Origin: an uncultured delta proteobacterium
Lineage (GTDB): Bacteria > Desulfobacterota > Binatia > UBA9968
DNA: 64,000 nucleotides
NCBI GenBank assembly: GCA_963771465.1
Contig: CAVYTU010000015.1
Location: forward strand, 832,001 to 896,000
Direction of reading: 5' to 3'
Shown here: positions 9,438 through 18,028 of the stretch, piece after piece
Numbering within the stretch: the first letter of the stretch is position 1
How the letters are laid out: the number at the start of each line of letters is the position of its first letter
Notes under the pieces: model-generated
Seen by the model: the letters and a program-made list of their open reading frames with translations, nothing else
Told to the model about the DNA's origin: nothing
Database searches by the model: none
Translations under genes and position numbers: made by a program

Positions 9438-10517
9438 TCAATCGCGCGCCAAGTAGGCGCCGTGCAACCCCTCGTTGGTTCCCAGTTCTTGGCGCAACTG
9501 CTCCGCGTCTGCGCGCGCCGTCAAGCGGCCAACGCGCACGCGATACCAGGTTTTGCCATTCACCTCGGTCGCGACCAGGTAAACTTCATTGCCCTTTGCG
9601 CTCAGCCGCTGCGCCATCATCGTTGCGACATCTTTCTCGACTGACGCGGCAACCTGCACTGACCATGGCTTGTCTCTGTCGGCGCCGTGCGACGCTGGCG
9701 CGACATCCACGTTCTTCGACGTTGTCGTGGCGCCGCTTCCATGGCCGACATTCGCGTTCCCTATGCCCGTCTCCGCCTGTGGCGATGTTGGACTCGATGC
9801 CGGCGACGCTTCCGGAACTTCTGGTTTCATCGCCAGCAGCGCGATCTTGCTGTTGGCCGCTTCGTTCGCCGCCGTGATTGCAGAATTACTTGGTGGCGCA
9901 CGATCGAGCGCCGGCTGCTTCGCCAGCGGAGCTACGAGTGGGACCCGTGCCTTTGGTTTTTCGATCACAGCAACCGTCCTTTTTTGAATATTCATTCCCG
10001 TGAGAATGCCAAGATAAAAAATAACGCCCGTGCTAACGACAAACGCTGCCGCAAACCCCACGCCCCGCGCGTGCCCGAAATAAAAACGTCGACGGACCTT
10101 TGGCGCGATTTGCTCGTTAAGTAAGTTCTGCTCCTGCGAATTGAGTTCATTTTTATCCGCCCAAGCCCTGAAGAACGCTTCAATCGCGCGGTCGTCGAGT
10201 GGTAGCGCAAGGTTGTCCGATAACGCCAACTCGTTTTGTCGCACCGGCTGATACTGCTGGATCAATGCCTCGGCGTTGCGCCCGCGCAACTCGGCCGGGC
10301 AAGTTTTGAACATAAAGCCGGTCGGCTGAAAGCGCGGCGATCGAGATTTATCGCGATCTAAATGCCGCAGCAAAGCTTCGCGAATATTATCAGCTTCGCC
10401 AATGAAGAGTTGGTAGTCAAAATTGTACAGTCCATACACGCCGGACACCGCAGGTGCGAAAGCGTGGATCGCTTCCTCCTCGAAACCATAGTATCGTCCG
10501 TCCGGCTGCCAAGTCAT
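9438..10517 (-). CDS. Membrane protein: N-terminal GIY-YIG-like domain, single TM helix, Pro/Ala/Ser linker, C-terminal SPOR domain
   Basis: SGVYGLY...FIGEADNIREALLRH; TM VGFAAAFVVSTGVIFYLGILTG; SPOR WSVQVAAS...WYRVRVG. Confidence 0.75.
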   Translation of the reverse strand: MTWQPDGRYYGFEEEAIHAFAPAVSGVYGLYNFDYQLFIGEADNIREALLRHLDRDKSRSPRFQPTGFMFKTCPAELRGRNAEALIQQYQPVRQNELALSDNLALPLDDRAIEAFFRAWADKNELNSQEQNLLNEQIAPKVRRRFYFGHARGVGFAAAFVVSTGVIFYLGILTGMNIQKRTVAVIEKPKARVPLVAPLAKQPALDRAPPSNSAITAANEAANSKIALLAMKPEVPEASPASSPTSPQAETGIGNANVGHGSGATTTSKNVDVAPASHGADRDKPWSVQVAASVEKDVATMMAQRLSAKGNEVYLVATEVNGKTWYRVRVGRLTARADAEQLRQELGTNEGLHGAYLARD

Positions 10518-10582
10518 GCTAATCCCTCACTACGTTGAGATGTAATGCGGTACTAATCTTTGTCATAAATTTTCGTTCCTGG

Positions 10583-11773
10583 CTAGACAATCGATACGAG
10601 CCCATGATCGCGAATAAACAACGGCTCACAACCAGTCTCGTGGATAATCACGGCGCCGCCCGAAGAAAATTGTATCCGTTCATCCGCCGTCATCGCCATC
10701 GGCTTCCAGATAAACACGTTGCCTGCTTCGATGCGCAAGTCACGCGCGCCCTTACCTTCGAAACGGCGATTGAAGAGCGGCCCGTCGTCACCATAACCGC
10801 AGCCCTGCAATTGCATCACTGTCTTCATACCGCGCCGCGCGCCGAAGCCGTTGACGAAATCGGCGAGTTGGCCGAATGTCATGCCCGGCTTGAGCAACGC
10901 CAAACCCTGCCGATAAACTTCCCCATGTAATGCGATGACCGGCTGCCATTCACTGCGCACCTTACCGAGCAGGACCGGCTGGCAAACTTGCGTCAGTTGG
11001 GCTCCCATGATCGCATGAATCTCATTGGTGAGCAGCGCGTTCGCCTCAAAGCGTCGGCCCAGCGGCGGGTTAGTGTAGCGCTTCGGTTTCGCCGTGTTGA
11101 TGCCATCGATGGTCAACGTCATCGGAAAATACTCGCTGCGTTCCTCCAGCATACGCGCCAGGACGGCCGCATAGACCAGACCCGCGTCCGCACCAGGCCG
11201 CGCCAGTGTGATCAGCTCGTCGAGCCCAGCGTTGGCGACTTGAGCTGAACGTCGGACATTTTCAATCTCCTCAGCGCTCTTCACATAGCGCACTTTGCCG
11301 ATAACGTCGGTGGCGTCGGCGAAATGCGCGTTGGGCAATTTGCCCATCACATGTTCGAGCGCGGTATGATTGGCCACTCCTTCGATCGACCGACAGTGGG
11401 TCAGTAAGCCGCCTTTGAGGCCGGCAACGCCGACCCGCGCGGTATGCATACCGAGATCGAGCAGCGCCTCCGCCATCGGCTCGGCCCACTCGCGGCCGGT
11501 CTGCCAAGGGTCGGGGATCCAGGAATTGTTCGACCGCCGATCGGCGACCACGATCGGCGCGCGGCCATCGGTCGGCAGCGCTAGCGCCGAGCAGCGTAGC
11601 TGCGTCATATAGCGCGCGTCGACGCCGTCGCCCAGCGGCACGAGAATACAGTCGAAGCCGGCTTGGCTTGCGTTGGCGCGCACGGCCTCCCAACGCCGGT
11701 CGCGCTCCCCGATCGAATAGCCGTTCCAGATATGAACCGTCGCACCGGCGCCCGGCGGAGTTGTCCAAGGCAT
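10583..11773 (-). CDS. M24 (creatinase/Xaa-Pro peptidase) fold protein with non-canonical metal site
   Basis: YSIGERDRRW N-terminus, RYVKSAEEI, pita-bread C-domain; start MPWTT after AAGGAG. Confidence 0.75.
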   Translation of the reverse strand: MPWTTPPGAGATVHIWNGYSIGERDRRWEAVRANASQAGFDCILVPLGDGVDARYMTQLRCSALALPTDGRAPIVVADRRSNNSWIPDPWQTGREWAEPMAEALLDLGMHTARVGVAGLKGGLLTHCRSIEGVANHTALEHVMGKLPNAHFADATDVIGKVRYVKSAEEIENVRRSAQVANAGLDELITLARPGADAGLVYAAVLARMLEERSEYFPMTLTIDGINTAKPKRYTNPPLGRRFEANALLTNEIHAIMGAQLTQVCQPVLLGKVRSEWQPVIALHGEVYRQGLALLKPGMTFGQLADFVNGFGARRGMKTVMQLQGCGYGDDGPLFNRRFEGKGARDLRIEAGNVFIWKPMAMTADERIQFSSGGAVIIHETGCEPLFIRDHGLVSIV

Positions 11774-11792
11774 TACGAAATCTCCTTCGATG

Positions 11793-11872
11793 AAAGGATA
11801 AAGGCGGAAGGATAAAGAACGGAAAACCAGCAACAGCGGTGAGCCGAGATTATCCTTTATCCTTTATCCTTT
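11793..11872. repeat. Intergenic inverted array of AAAGGAT/ATCCTTT heptamers
   Basis: AAAGGATAAAGGCGGAAGGATAAAG ... TTATCCTTTATCCTTTATCCTTT. Confidence 0.6.
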
Positions 11873-13099
11873 AGCTTATCGACACCATTCCCGGCGTGCG
11901 TTTGACCAGCGGCTCGCCGCCTTTTTCGCTGCACAGCACACAGCCGCCCCAACTGGTATCGAAAGTGCCGTCGGCGCTGTGGGCGATCGGCTTGACGATA
12001 AACACGTTGCCTTTTTCAATCCTAACGTCGCGATTACGCGCGCCATGATTTTGCGGTGTAAAAAGAGGCCCGTCGTCGCCGTAGCCGCGCCCATGCATCA
12101 GCAGCTGGCTCTTCATGCCGCGTTTGGCGCCGAAGTTATTGATGATATCCATGAACTCGGCAAACGGCCGGCCGGGCGTGAGATATTCCAAACCGGCGTA
12201 ATACATTTCCCGCTGCATCTCGATGGCCGGCTTCCAGGAATCAGGAATCGGCCCGAGCAAGATCGGTTGCTGTTCCTGCGCGATCAAACCGCCGAAGACA
12301 GCGTCGACTTCGTTGGCGATGCGATACATCGGCTTGCAGCGTTCGTCCTTCGGTGGGATCTTCGAAGCGCGGCAAGCGGCCGCTGCCGTTGAGTCCGCTG
12401 TAAAACGCCATCGGATAATACTCGCTGCCGAGCTCGATCATGCGCTGCATCACCCGCGTGTAGAGCAGTCCTTCGTCCATGCCCGGCCGCGCCAACTCGA
12501 TCATCTTGTCGATACCCGCCGCGGCGATCGCCGCGCCTCGTCTAAGGCAGGCGATTTGTTCTTCGCTTTTGACGTATCGCGCATAGCCGATCACCTCGGT
12601 GCCGTTTTCAAAATTGGCGTTGGGCAAACGGTGGAGCACTTCGGCGTAGGAACTGTGATTAACCACACCGTGAAACGCCCGGCCATGGGTGTAAAAACCG
12701 CGCCGGATGCCCGACACGCCGATGCGCGCGCGCTCCATGCCGGCATCGATCAACGCTTGCGCCATGCTCTCACCCCAGGAATTTTCCATTGGCCGAAACT
12801 CTGGAATCCAGCCATTGCCATCTTCTTGACCGTCTCCGAGATCGGAAATGACGATCGGCTGGCGTCCATCGGTGGGCAAGATCACCGCGGCATTATCGAG
12901 ATGCGTCAGAAAACGGCAATCGGACCTGGTGCCGCGGCGCCTGTTCTAAGGATAAATGCAAATTGCGTCCATCGACACACAACGGCACGAAGATGCACTC
13001 GAAGCCCGCCTTCGCCGCGTTGTCGCGCACGCGCTGCCAGCGCCAATCGCGCTCGGCTAATGAATAACCACTCCAATTAATATCAGCCGCTGCTTCCAT
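11871..13099 (-). CDS. M24 fold protein, tandem paralog; two apparent frameshifts (~12935, ~12335)
   Basis: ORF pieces 12893-13099, 12241-12885 and 11871-12329 align colinearly with the 10583-11773 paralog (YSLAERDWRW, LPTDGR, RYVKSEE, GYGDDGP). Confidence 0.75.
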
Positions 13100-13162
13100 C
13101 GCTGCTGCTCCTCATGGGTCATCGTCGCAAGATAGTGGCGCTAGAAAATCCCAAATTTGTGG

Positions 13163-13633
13163 TTAATCCCCTTCTTCCTCCCCGAGCATGGTGCCGCGGC
13201 AGCGCCGCGCGCCGCACAAACAGGCGTGGTCGCGCTTGGCCTTCTTGGTATGGCGCTCGCCGATTTGCAGATTGTAGTCGTAGGCGAGTTCCTCTCCCGG
13301 CTTGATGTCGCGGCGCGCTTCGATGAACACTCGATGATCTTCTTCTTCGATCTCGCAGTTGGGCGCGCAGGAGTGATTGATCCAGCGCGCCGAGTTGCCG
13401 CCGCGCGTGGCATCGATGACGAACCCGTCGTCGACGGAAAAGAGCATCGTATGGGAGGAATTCTCATGCAGCCGGCCAAAGCGCCGGTCGGCTTCTTTGT
13501 CGGTGATGAGCTTCCCTTTGTATTCAATAATCCTGGTGCCCTTTGGAATCCGCCGCAGGGCAAACACGCCGCGTCCATGGATCGGCGAGGTGCGCACGCC
13601 AATGCGGCGGCGTTTATTTTTGCTTACAGCCAT
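13163..13633 (-). CDS. SET domain protein-lysine N-methyltransferase with post-SET CxCx4C
   Basis: SPIHGRGVFA, ARWINHSCAPNC, GEELAYDY, CLCGARRC. Confidence 0.93.
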   Translation of the reverse strand: MAVSKNKRRRIGVRTSPIHGRGVFALRRIPKGTRIIEYKGKLITDKEADRRFGRLHENSSHTMLFSVDDGFVIDATRGGNSARWINHSCAPNCEIEEEDHRVFIEARRDIKPGEELAYDYNLQIGERHTKKAKRDHACLCGARRCRGTMLGEEEGD

Positions 13634-13672
13634 CTTTCCTTTCAGGAATTCGCTACCAACCTTGGCTCTCGT

Positions 13673-15106
13673 TTAACGATCGTCCTCCATCCCCTTGACG
13701 AACTGCATCATCCGCTCAGCCGGTGCCTTGTCTTGGTATTGGCCGAACAGCCGTTGGCGCATGCGGTCGACTTCGCCGCTCTGCAAGCGCTCGTATAATT
13801 GGCTGCGCTTGCCGAACGGCGTCATCACCATATCCGCGGCGATCGCCATCAGACGTAAATGGTCCTTGGTATTCGGCGCGCCGCCGCGAAAGTAGCGCTC
13901 GACAAATGGACCAAGCTCCGTGCTCTGCAGATCCGACGCGCCGCCGCTGAGCATCAATGTGCTCGTGAGCAAAGCTTCCATCGTCTGCTCGGCGCGGTCG
14001 GAAGCTTCGATGCTGTGGACGCGGTACGCCGCACTCAACAACGGCGCCCAGGTGCCGCCGCCGGCAGCGTACCCATTAGACTCACCGACTTGAATGCACG
14101 ACCGGAGAATCTCGATATCCTGAATCAAACTCGACAAAAGAATTTGCGACGGTAGGCTGGTGTTGCGCTTGGCGTATTGGGTCAGCAACTGAGCAACGCC
14201 CAAGAACGCTTCAAGCTTCGTCACTAACCGAAGCATGGTCGAATACTGCCCCCAGGTGTGAATGTACATGATTCCTGACAGCAGCTTGGGATCTTTGTAA
14301 ACGAACAGCCGTTCCCACGGCACCACGACGTCATCGAAGATCAGCGCCGCATCGACTTCGTCGAAGCGCGTCGTCAGCGGCTGGCGCTCGGGGTCAGCGT
14401 TCTCGGCGTAAAGATCGCGACAGAGAATTTTCAGACCCTTGGTGTTCATCGGAATGGCGAACGCCATAGCATAGTCAGCTTCATCCGGCTCCCGCGGCCG
14501 ATTGGGATAAACGATCACTTCGTCGGCGATCGGCGCCAAGGTCGCCAAAGTGCGCAGGCCGCGCACCACTGGGCCTTCTTTGGTTTCGCCGACGATGTGC
14601 AGAATCAAGTCGGGATCATCCTGCTTCCCTACGGGCCTCGTGCGGTCATAATATTGGTCGGTCAGCGCGTGGGTGAGACAAAGATCGTTGCGGCTGACGT
14701 AGCGATGATAGGCGCGCGCATTGTCGGCCCACTGTTCGTTGGTCTTTTCGATCACATGGGTCCAGTCGAGCAATCCGACGATCAACTCCGCGACGAATTC
14801 CGGATAGCGCCCCATCTGGCCAAACGTTTGTTGCGCCCAGAATTCGATATTGCGCCGCTTGAGCAGCAGCTCCTGATGATTTTTTGGCGGCAGGTAACTG
14901 TACGAGATACGCTCGCCGTCGTGCTCGCAGGTCATGATGTCGCGATACTCCGGGGTATGCTGCTTGTCGTACATGTCGGCGAGCGTCTTGATCGTGCCGG
15001 TAAAACCCGTGTGTGCGGTCACGTCGACGATGCGCTTGCCCGCATGCCAAACCTCCCGGCCATCGCGCAACGCCTTGATATAATCGGCCCCTCGTCTTAC
15101 CGCCAT
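13673..15106 (-). CDS. 4-hydroxyphenylacetate 3-hydroxylase (HpaB) family flavin-dependent oxygenase component
   Basis: GADYIKALRDGREVW, GQMGRYPE, LATLAPIADE, RFDEVDAALIFDDVVVPWERLF. Confidence 0.9.
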   Translation of the reverse strand: MAVRRGADYIKALRDGREVWHAGKRIVDVTAHTGFTGTIKTLADMYDKQHTPEYRDIMTCEHDGERISYSYLPPKNHQELLLKRRNIEFWAQQTFGQMGRYPEFVAELIVGLLDWTHVIEKTNEQWADNARAYHRYVSRNDLCLTHALTDQYYDRTRPVGKQDDPDLILHIVGETKEGPVVRGLRTLATLAPIADEVIVYPNRPREPDEADYAMAFAIPMNTKGLKILCRDLYAENADPERQPLTTRFDEVDAALIFDDVVVPWERLFVYKDPKLLSGIMYIHTWGQYSTMLRLVTKLEAFLGVAQLLTQYAKRNTSLPSQILLSSLIQDIEILRSCIQVGESNGYAAGGGTWAPLLSAAYRVHSIEASDRAEQTMEALLTSTLMLSGGASDLQSTELGPFVERYFRGGAPNTKDHLRLMAIAADMVMTPFGKRSQLYERLQSGEVDRMRQRLFGQYQDKAPAERMMQFVKGMEDDR

Positions 15107-15422
15107 GAAAAACGACCTCCAACCTTGTTGCTGCTTGTTAGAGCACGAAGATTTATAGCGTTAATCTTGCACCGCAAGCAAGCTTACGATGGAACGGTTG
15201 CGCGCAACATTGCTGGCGCCAGTGCCGAGAGTGTCGTTGTAAGGAATGACCCGCATGCACGCGTCAAATTAAGACGCGGCAAGGGTCAATACTCGAAGGA
15301 AGTTGAAAAGATATCGCGTCGATTTATCACGAGGCGACGCTCAGCTTGGAACGATTTCCCTTAGTTTGATTTGCATTCTTTGCGGTCAATTCTCCAATCC
15401 TCAGTTTATAACTGTCTCGATC

Positions 15423-15857
15423 TTAATTCTTCTTCCCCGGCTCGGCCTGATAGCCTTGGTCCTTCCATTTGCTCACCGGGCAAAATGTCGTGCTCTGAAA
15501 ACCCATCTCTTCTGCTAGCTTCGCAGCCTGCGAGCTTTGCGCTCCGGTGCCTCAGGTGAAAACGATATAGGTTTCCTTGGACATTTTCTTGAGATGGCCT
15601 TCAAGTTCTGCCAACGGAATATTGATCGCGCCGGGAATAGTTTCTTTTTCGAAACTGGCCGCAGCGCGCACGTCGATGATCAACATTTTGCCGGCATCGA
15701 GTCGTTTCTTTAATTCCTCGGCCGGTGTTTGCTTGGCGCCAACGGCCCATTTCGTCTGGGGATCGACCGGGTAGCGCGGTTGCGCCTGGGCGGCGAATGA
15801 GGGTTGAGCCCACAATATTAGTGCGGTCAGACTCGCGCCTGCGACAAATGATCTCAC
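15423..15857 (-). CDS. Secreted rhodanese-domain selenoprotein (Sec at TGA 15552-15554), 144 aa
   Basis: GTG start after AAAGGAG; signal peptide; IIDVR..IPGAINIP..IVFT-TGA-GTGAQSSQAAKLAEEMGF..WKDQGY continues in frame for 42 codons to TAA at 15423, completing the rhodanese fold. The TGA is at the catalytic Cys position. Confidence 0.85.
15517..15536 (-). promoter_or_regulatory. Putative bacterial SECIS hairpin for the rhodanese UGA
   Basis: AGCUCGC-AGGCU-GCGAAGCU starting 16 nt after UGA; G-containing apical loop. Confidence 0.7.
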
Positions 15858-15892
15858 AAATACTCCTTTCTCAATTTGACCAAGAAGCTTAC

Positions 15893-16414
15893 TCAATCCC
15901 GATCCGACATTTCAAACGCCAGCGTCGCGTAACGCATAAAAACGCCGCCGCGCGGTTCCGCCAGCGGGCCGTTAGCCACTAAGCAAGCAATCACATGCTT
16001 GGCGCCGGGCTGCGCTTTGGTGCTCACCTCTACTCTCTGTTGTGCGTTGATGCCGACGATCGTCCCTGCCGGCCGTTCGAGCTGGCCATCGACCCAAATC
16101 TCACCGTAGTTATCAACGTTGGTCTCGAACCATACGCGGTAATCGCGCAACGCCAGGCCATTCACCTGCTCGGGCAACTCGACGGTAATCCGATACCAAG
16201 CAAAGGTAAAACCCTTGGAAATACTTCTGCGAATATCGGCACACAGGTTCCATCCCGAATCATCGAAGTCAGCCAAACGGGGCGGCGCTGCCAATAGCTG
16301 TGCGGTGAGACCTTCGTTCGGCTGGCCGGGCACCAATCCGGGACCGATGCGCCACTGTCCTTTCACCTTTCGACAATCCTCCGCGCTATTCAAATCCAAC
16401 GCGACCCTCGGCAT
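15893..16414 (-). CDS. Hypothetical protein with a galactose-binding/GH2 N-terminal-like jelly-roll fold
   Basis: FDDSGW, FAWYRITVELP, VDNYGEIWVDG; start MPRVAL after AAGGAGG. The longer ORF N-terminus merely translates the palindromic repeat. Confidence 0.65.
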   Translation of the reverse strand: MPRVALDLNSAEDCRKVKGQWRIGPGLVPGQPNEGLTAQLLAAPPRLADFDDSGWNLCADIRRSISKGFTFAWYRITVELPEQVNGLALRDYRVWFETNVDNYGEIWVDGQLERPAGTIVGINAQQRVEVSTKAQPGAKHVIACLVANGPLAEPRGGVFMRYATLAFEMSDRD

Positions 16415-16460
16415 GGATGCCTCCTTAGACCCAATTTTTGCGGCAATGCGAAAATTTTTT

Positions 16461-16542
16461 TCACCACGAAGTTCACGAAGGACACGAAGGCTTCGGATGA
16501 CCAATACTCCGAACTTCGTGCTCTTCGTGTGCTTCGTGGTGA
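16461..16542. repeat. Intergenic nested palindrome of CACGAAG/CTTCGTG units
   Basis: TCACCACGAAGTTCACGAAGGACACGAAG ... CTTCGTGCTCTTCGTGTGCTTCGTGGTGA. Confidence 0.8.
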
Positions 16543-16583
16543 TTACGATCTTTGCCTTTTTGCTTGCTGCTATGCCGCGCTCG

Positions 16584-17936
16584 TTAACCTCGAAGAATCT
16601 CCGTCAGCGACCTTACGTTCTCTACTTTTTCCAAGCCTTCGATCTGCGCCAACGCGCGCTCAGCAGCGTCAGCGCTCAAAGTTTCGCGCGCGCACTGGGT
16701 AAACTTACCTCTCAGCTCGTCTTCCGACATGGGAAACTCCGAGCTGCCCCTGGAATGCTGCGCTTCGCGAGTAAGCACCTTGCCGTCCTTCAAGCGCACC
16801 GTGACGCGGCACGGGCGTCCGCCGGGGTCGGTTTTTCTCAGATTATTATCGAGATTCATTTGCACTCTTTCGGCCAACTTCAAAACATTCCGGTCACGCA
16901 CGGCGGCGTCGGTGAATGCATGCAACGACACCTCGCCGTCGATTAGCGCCCGCGCCACCAAGTAGGGCATGCAGAATTTCCCCTGGATGCTTGTTTGCGG
17001 CACTTTGAAAACGATTCGCTCGAAGGTGTGCTTGACGACATCGACGTCGACGCGCTCGACCATCTCCGGCGTCAAGCCGTTTTTAGCTCTGAATTCCAAG
17101 ATGGAATCGATCACCTGGTGGGTAAGTCCACCGCAAGGATAAGGCTTGATACGGATGCCGTCGCTGAGCAAGGCATACGATTGGCCCAACTCTTCGATCG
17201 GCTTCTCGTCGATGGGCGTACCTTGATGCAAAACTTTGTAAAAGCCAAAGCCTGATTCGATCGCTTTGCCGTTGGCGGTGTATCCGCCGGCCGCGAGCTT
17301 GGCGGCGAGCACGCCGTTGCGCGCGCCGAGACCGGCATGCAACGGTTTGGTCATGGTGCCAAAGTTTGCGACGATGCCGCCGGCCATCGATGCCGACATG
17401 CCGAGCGCCATCTCAACCTGCGATGCGTTGAGACCGAGCAATTTCGCGCATGCGGCCGCGGCGCCAAAAACACCTACCGTGCTCGGCGCGTGCCAACCGT
17501 CATGTTCGCTGTCGCGCAGGGAATGCACGATCTTAGCCGTAACCTCGTAACCGGCGGCGTAGGCTTCGATAATCTGCCGGCCGCTGGCGCCGAGCGCTTC
17601 ACCCAGAGCAAAAGTCGCCGGAATGATCGGCGAGGTCGGCTGGCCCATCAATGTGAAGCTGTGATCGAAATCCATCGCGTGGGCCGCCGTGCCATTGGCC
17701 AGCGCGGCGTTGAGCGCGGAAGATTTGAATCCTTGACCGATGACCGTGGTTTCTTCCTTAGCCTGTTCCAGGCGGGCAATCTCGGCGCAAATCTTTGCGT
17801 CCTCTTCTTTGCTGCCGGCAAGGGCCACGCCGAGGCAATCGCGCACCGCTACTTTGGCCGTCTCAATTGCCTTTGGCGGTAGGTTTTCATACTTCGCACT
17901 AACAACGAATTGAGCGATCTTTGCAGTTACGTCCAT
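16584..17936 (-). CDS. MmgE/PrpD family protein
   Basis: DCLGVALAGS, NGTAAHAMDFDH, GTMTKPLHAG, IKPYPC. Confidence 0.92.
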   Translation of the reverse strand: MDVTAKIAQFVVSAKYENLPPKAIETAKVAVRDCLGVALAGSKEEDAKICAEIARLEQAKEETTVIGQGFKSSALNAALANGTAAHAMDFDHSFTLMGQPTSPIIPATFALGEALGASGRQIIEAYAAGYEVTAKIVHSLRDSEHDGWHAPSTVGVFGAAAACAKLLGLNASQVEMALGMSASMAGGIVANFGTMTKPLHAGLGARNGVLAAKLAAGGYTANGKAIESGFGFYKVLHQGTPIDEKPIEELGQSYALLSDGIRIKPYPCGGLTHQVIDSILEFRAKNGLTPEMVERVDVDVVKHTFERIVFKVPQTSIQGKFCMPYLVARALIDGEVSLHAFTDAAVRDRNVLKLAERVQMNLDNNLRKTDPGGRPCRVTVRLKDGKVLTREAQHSRGSSEFPMSEDELRGKFTQCARETLSADAAERALAQIEGLEKVENVRSLTEILRG

Positions 17937-18028
17937 AATTCCTCCTCACTAAATTCGGAATGGCAGATTTAATATCTCATCTGGCAGCGCGCAACATTTG
18001 AAGGCGCGAAATGTGGCGGCACATAGTC

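Noticed and set aside
16461-16542. Possible mini-CRISPR array
   Set aside because: The units are 7-10 nt and inverted, with no spacers and no cas genes.
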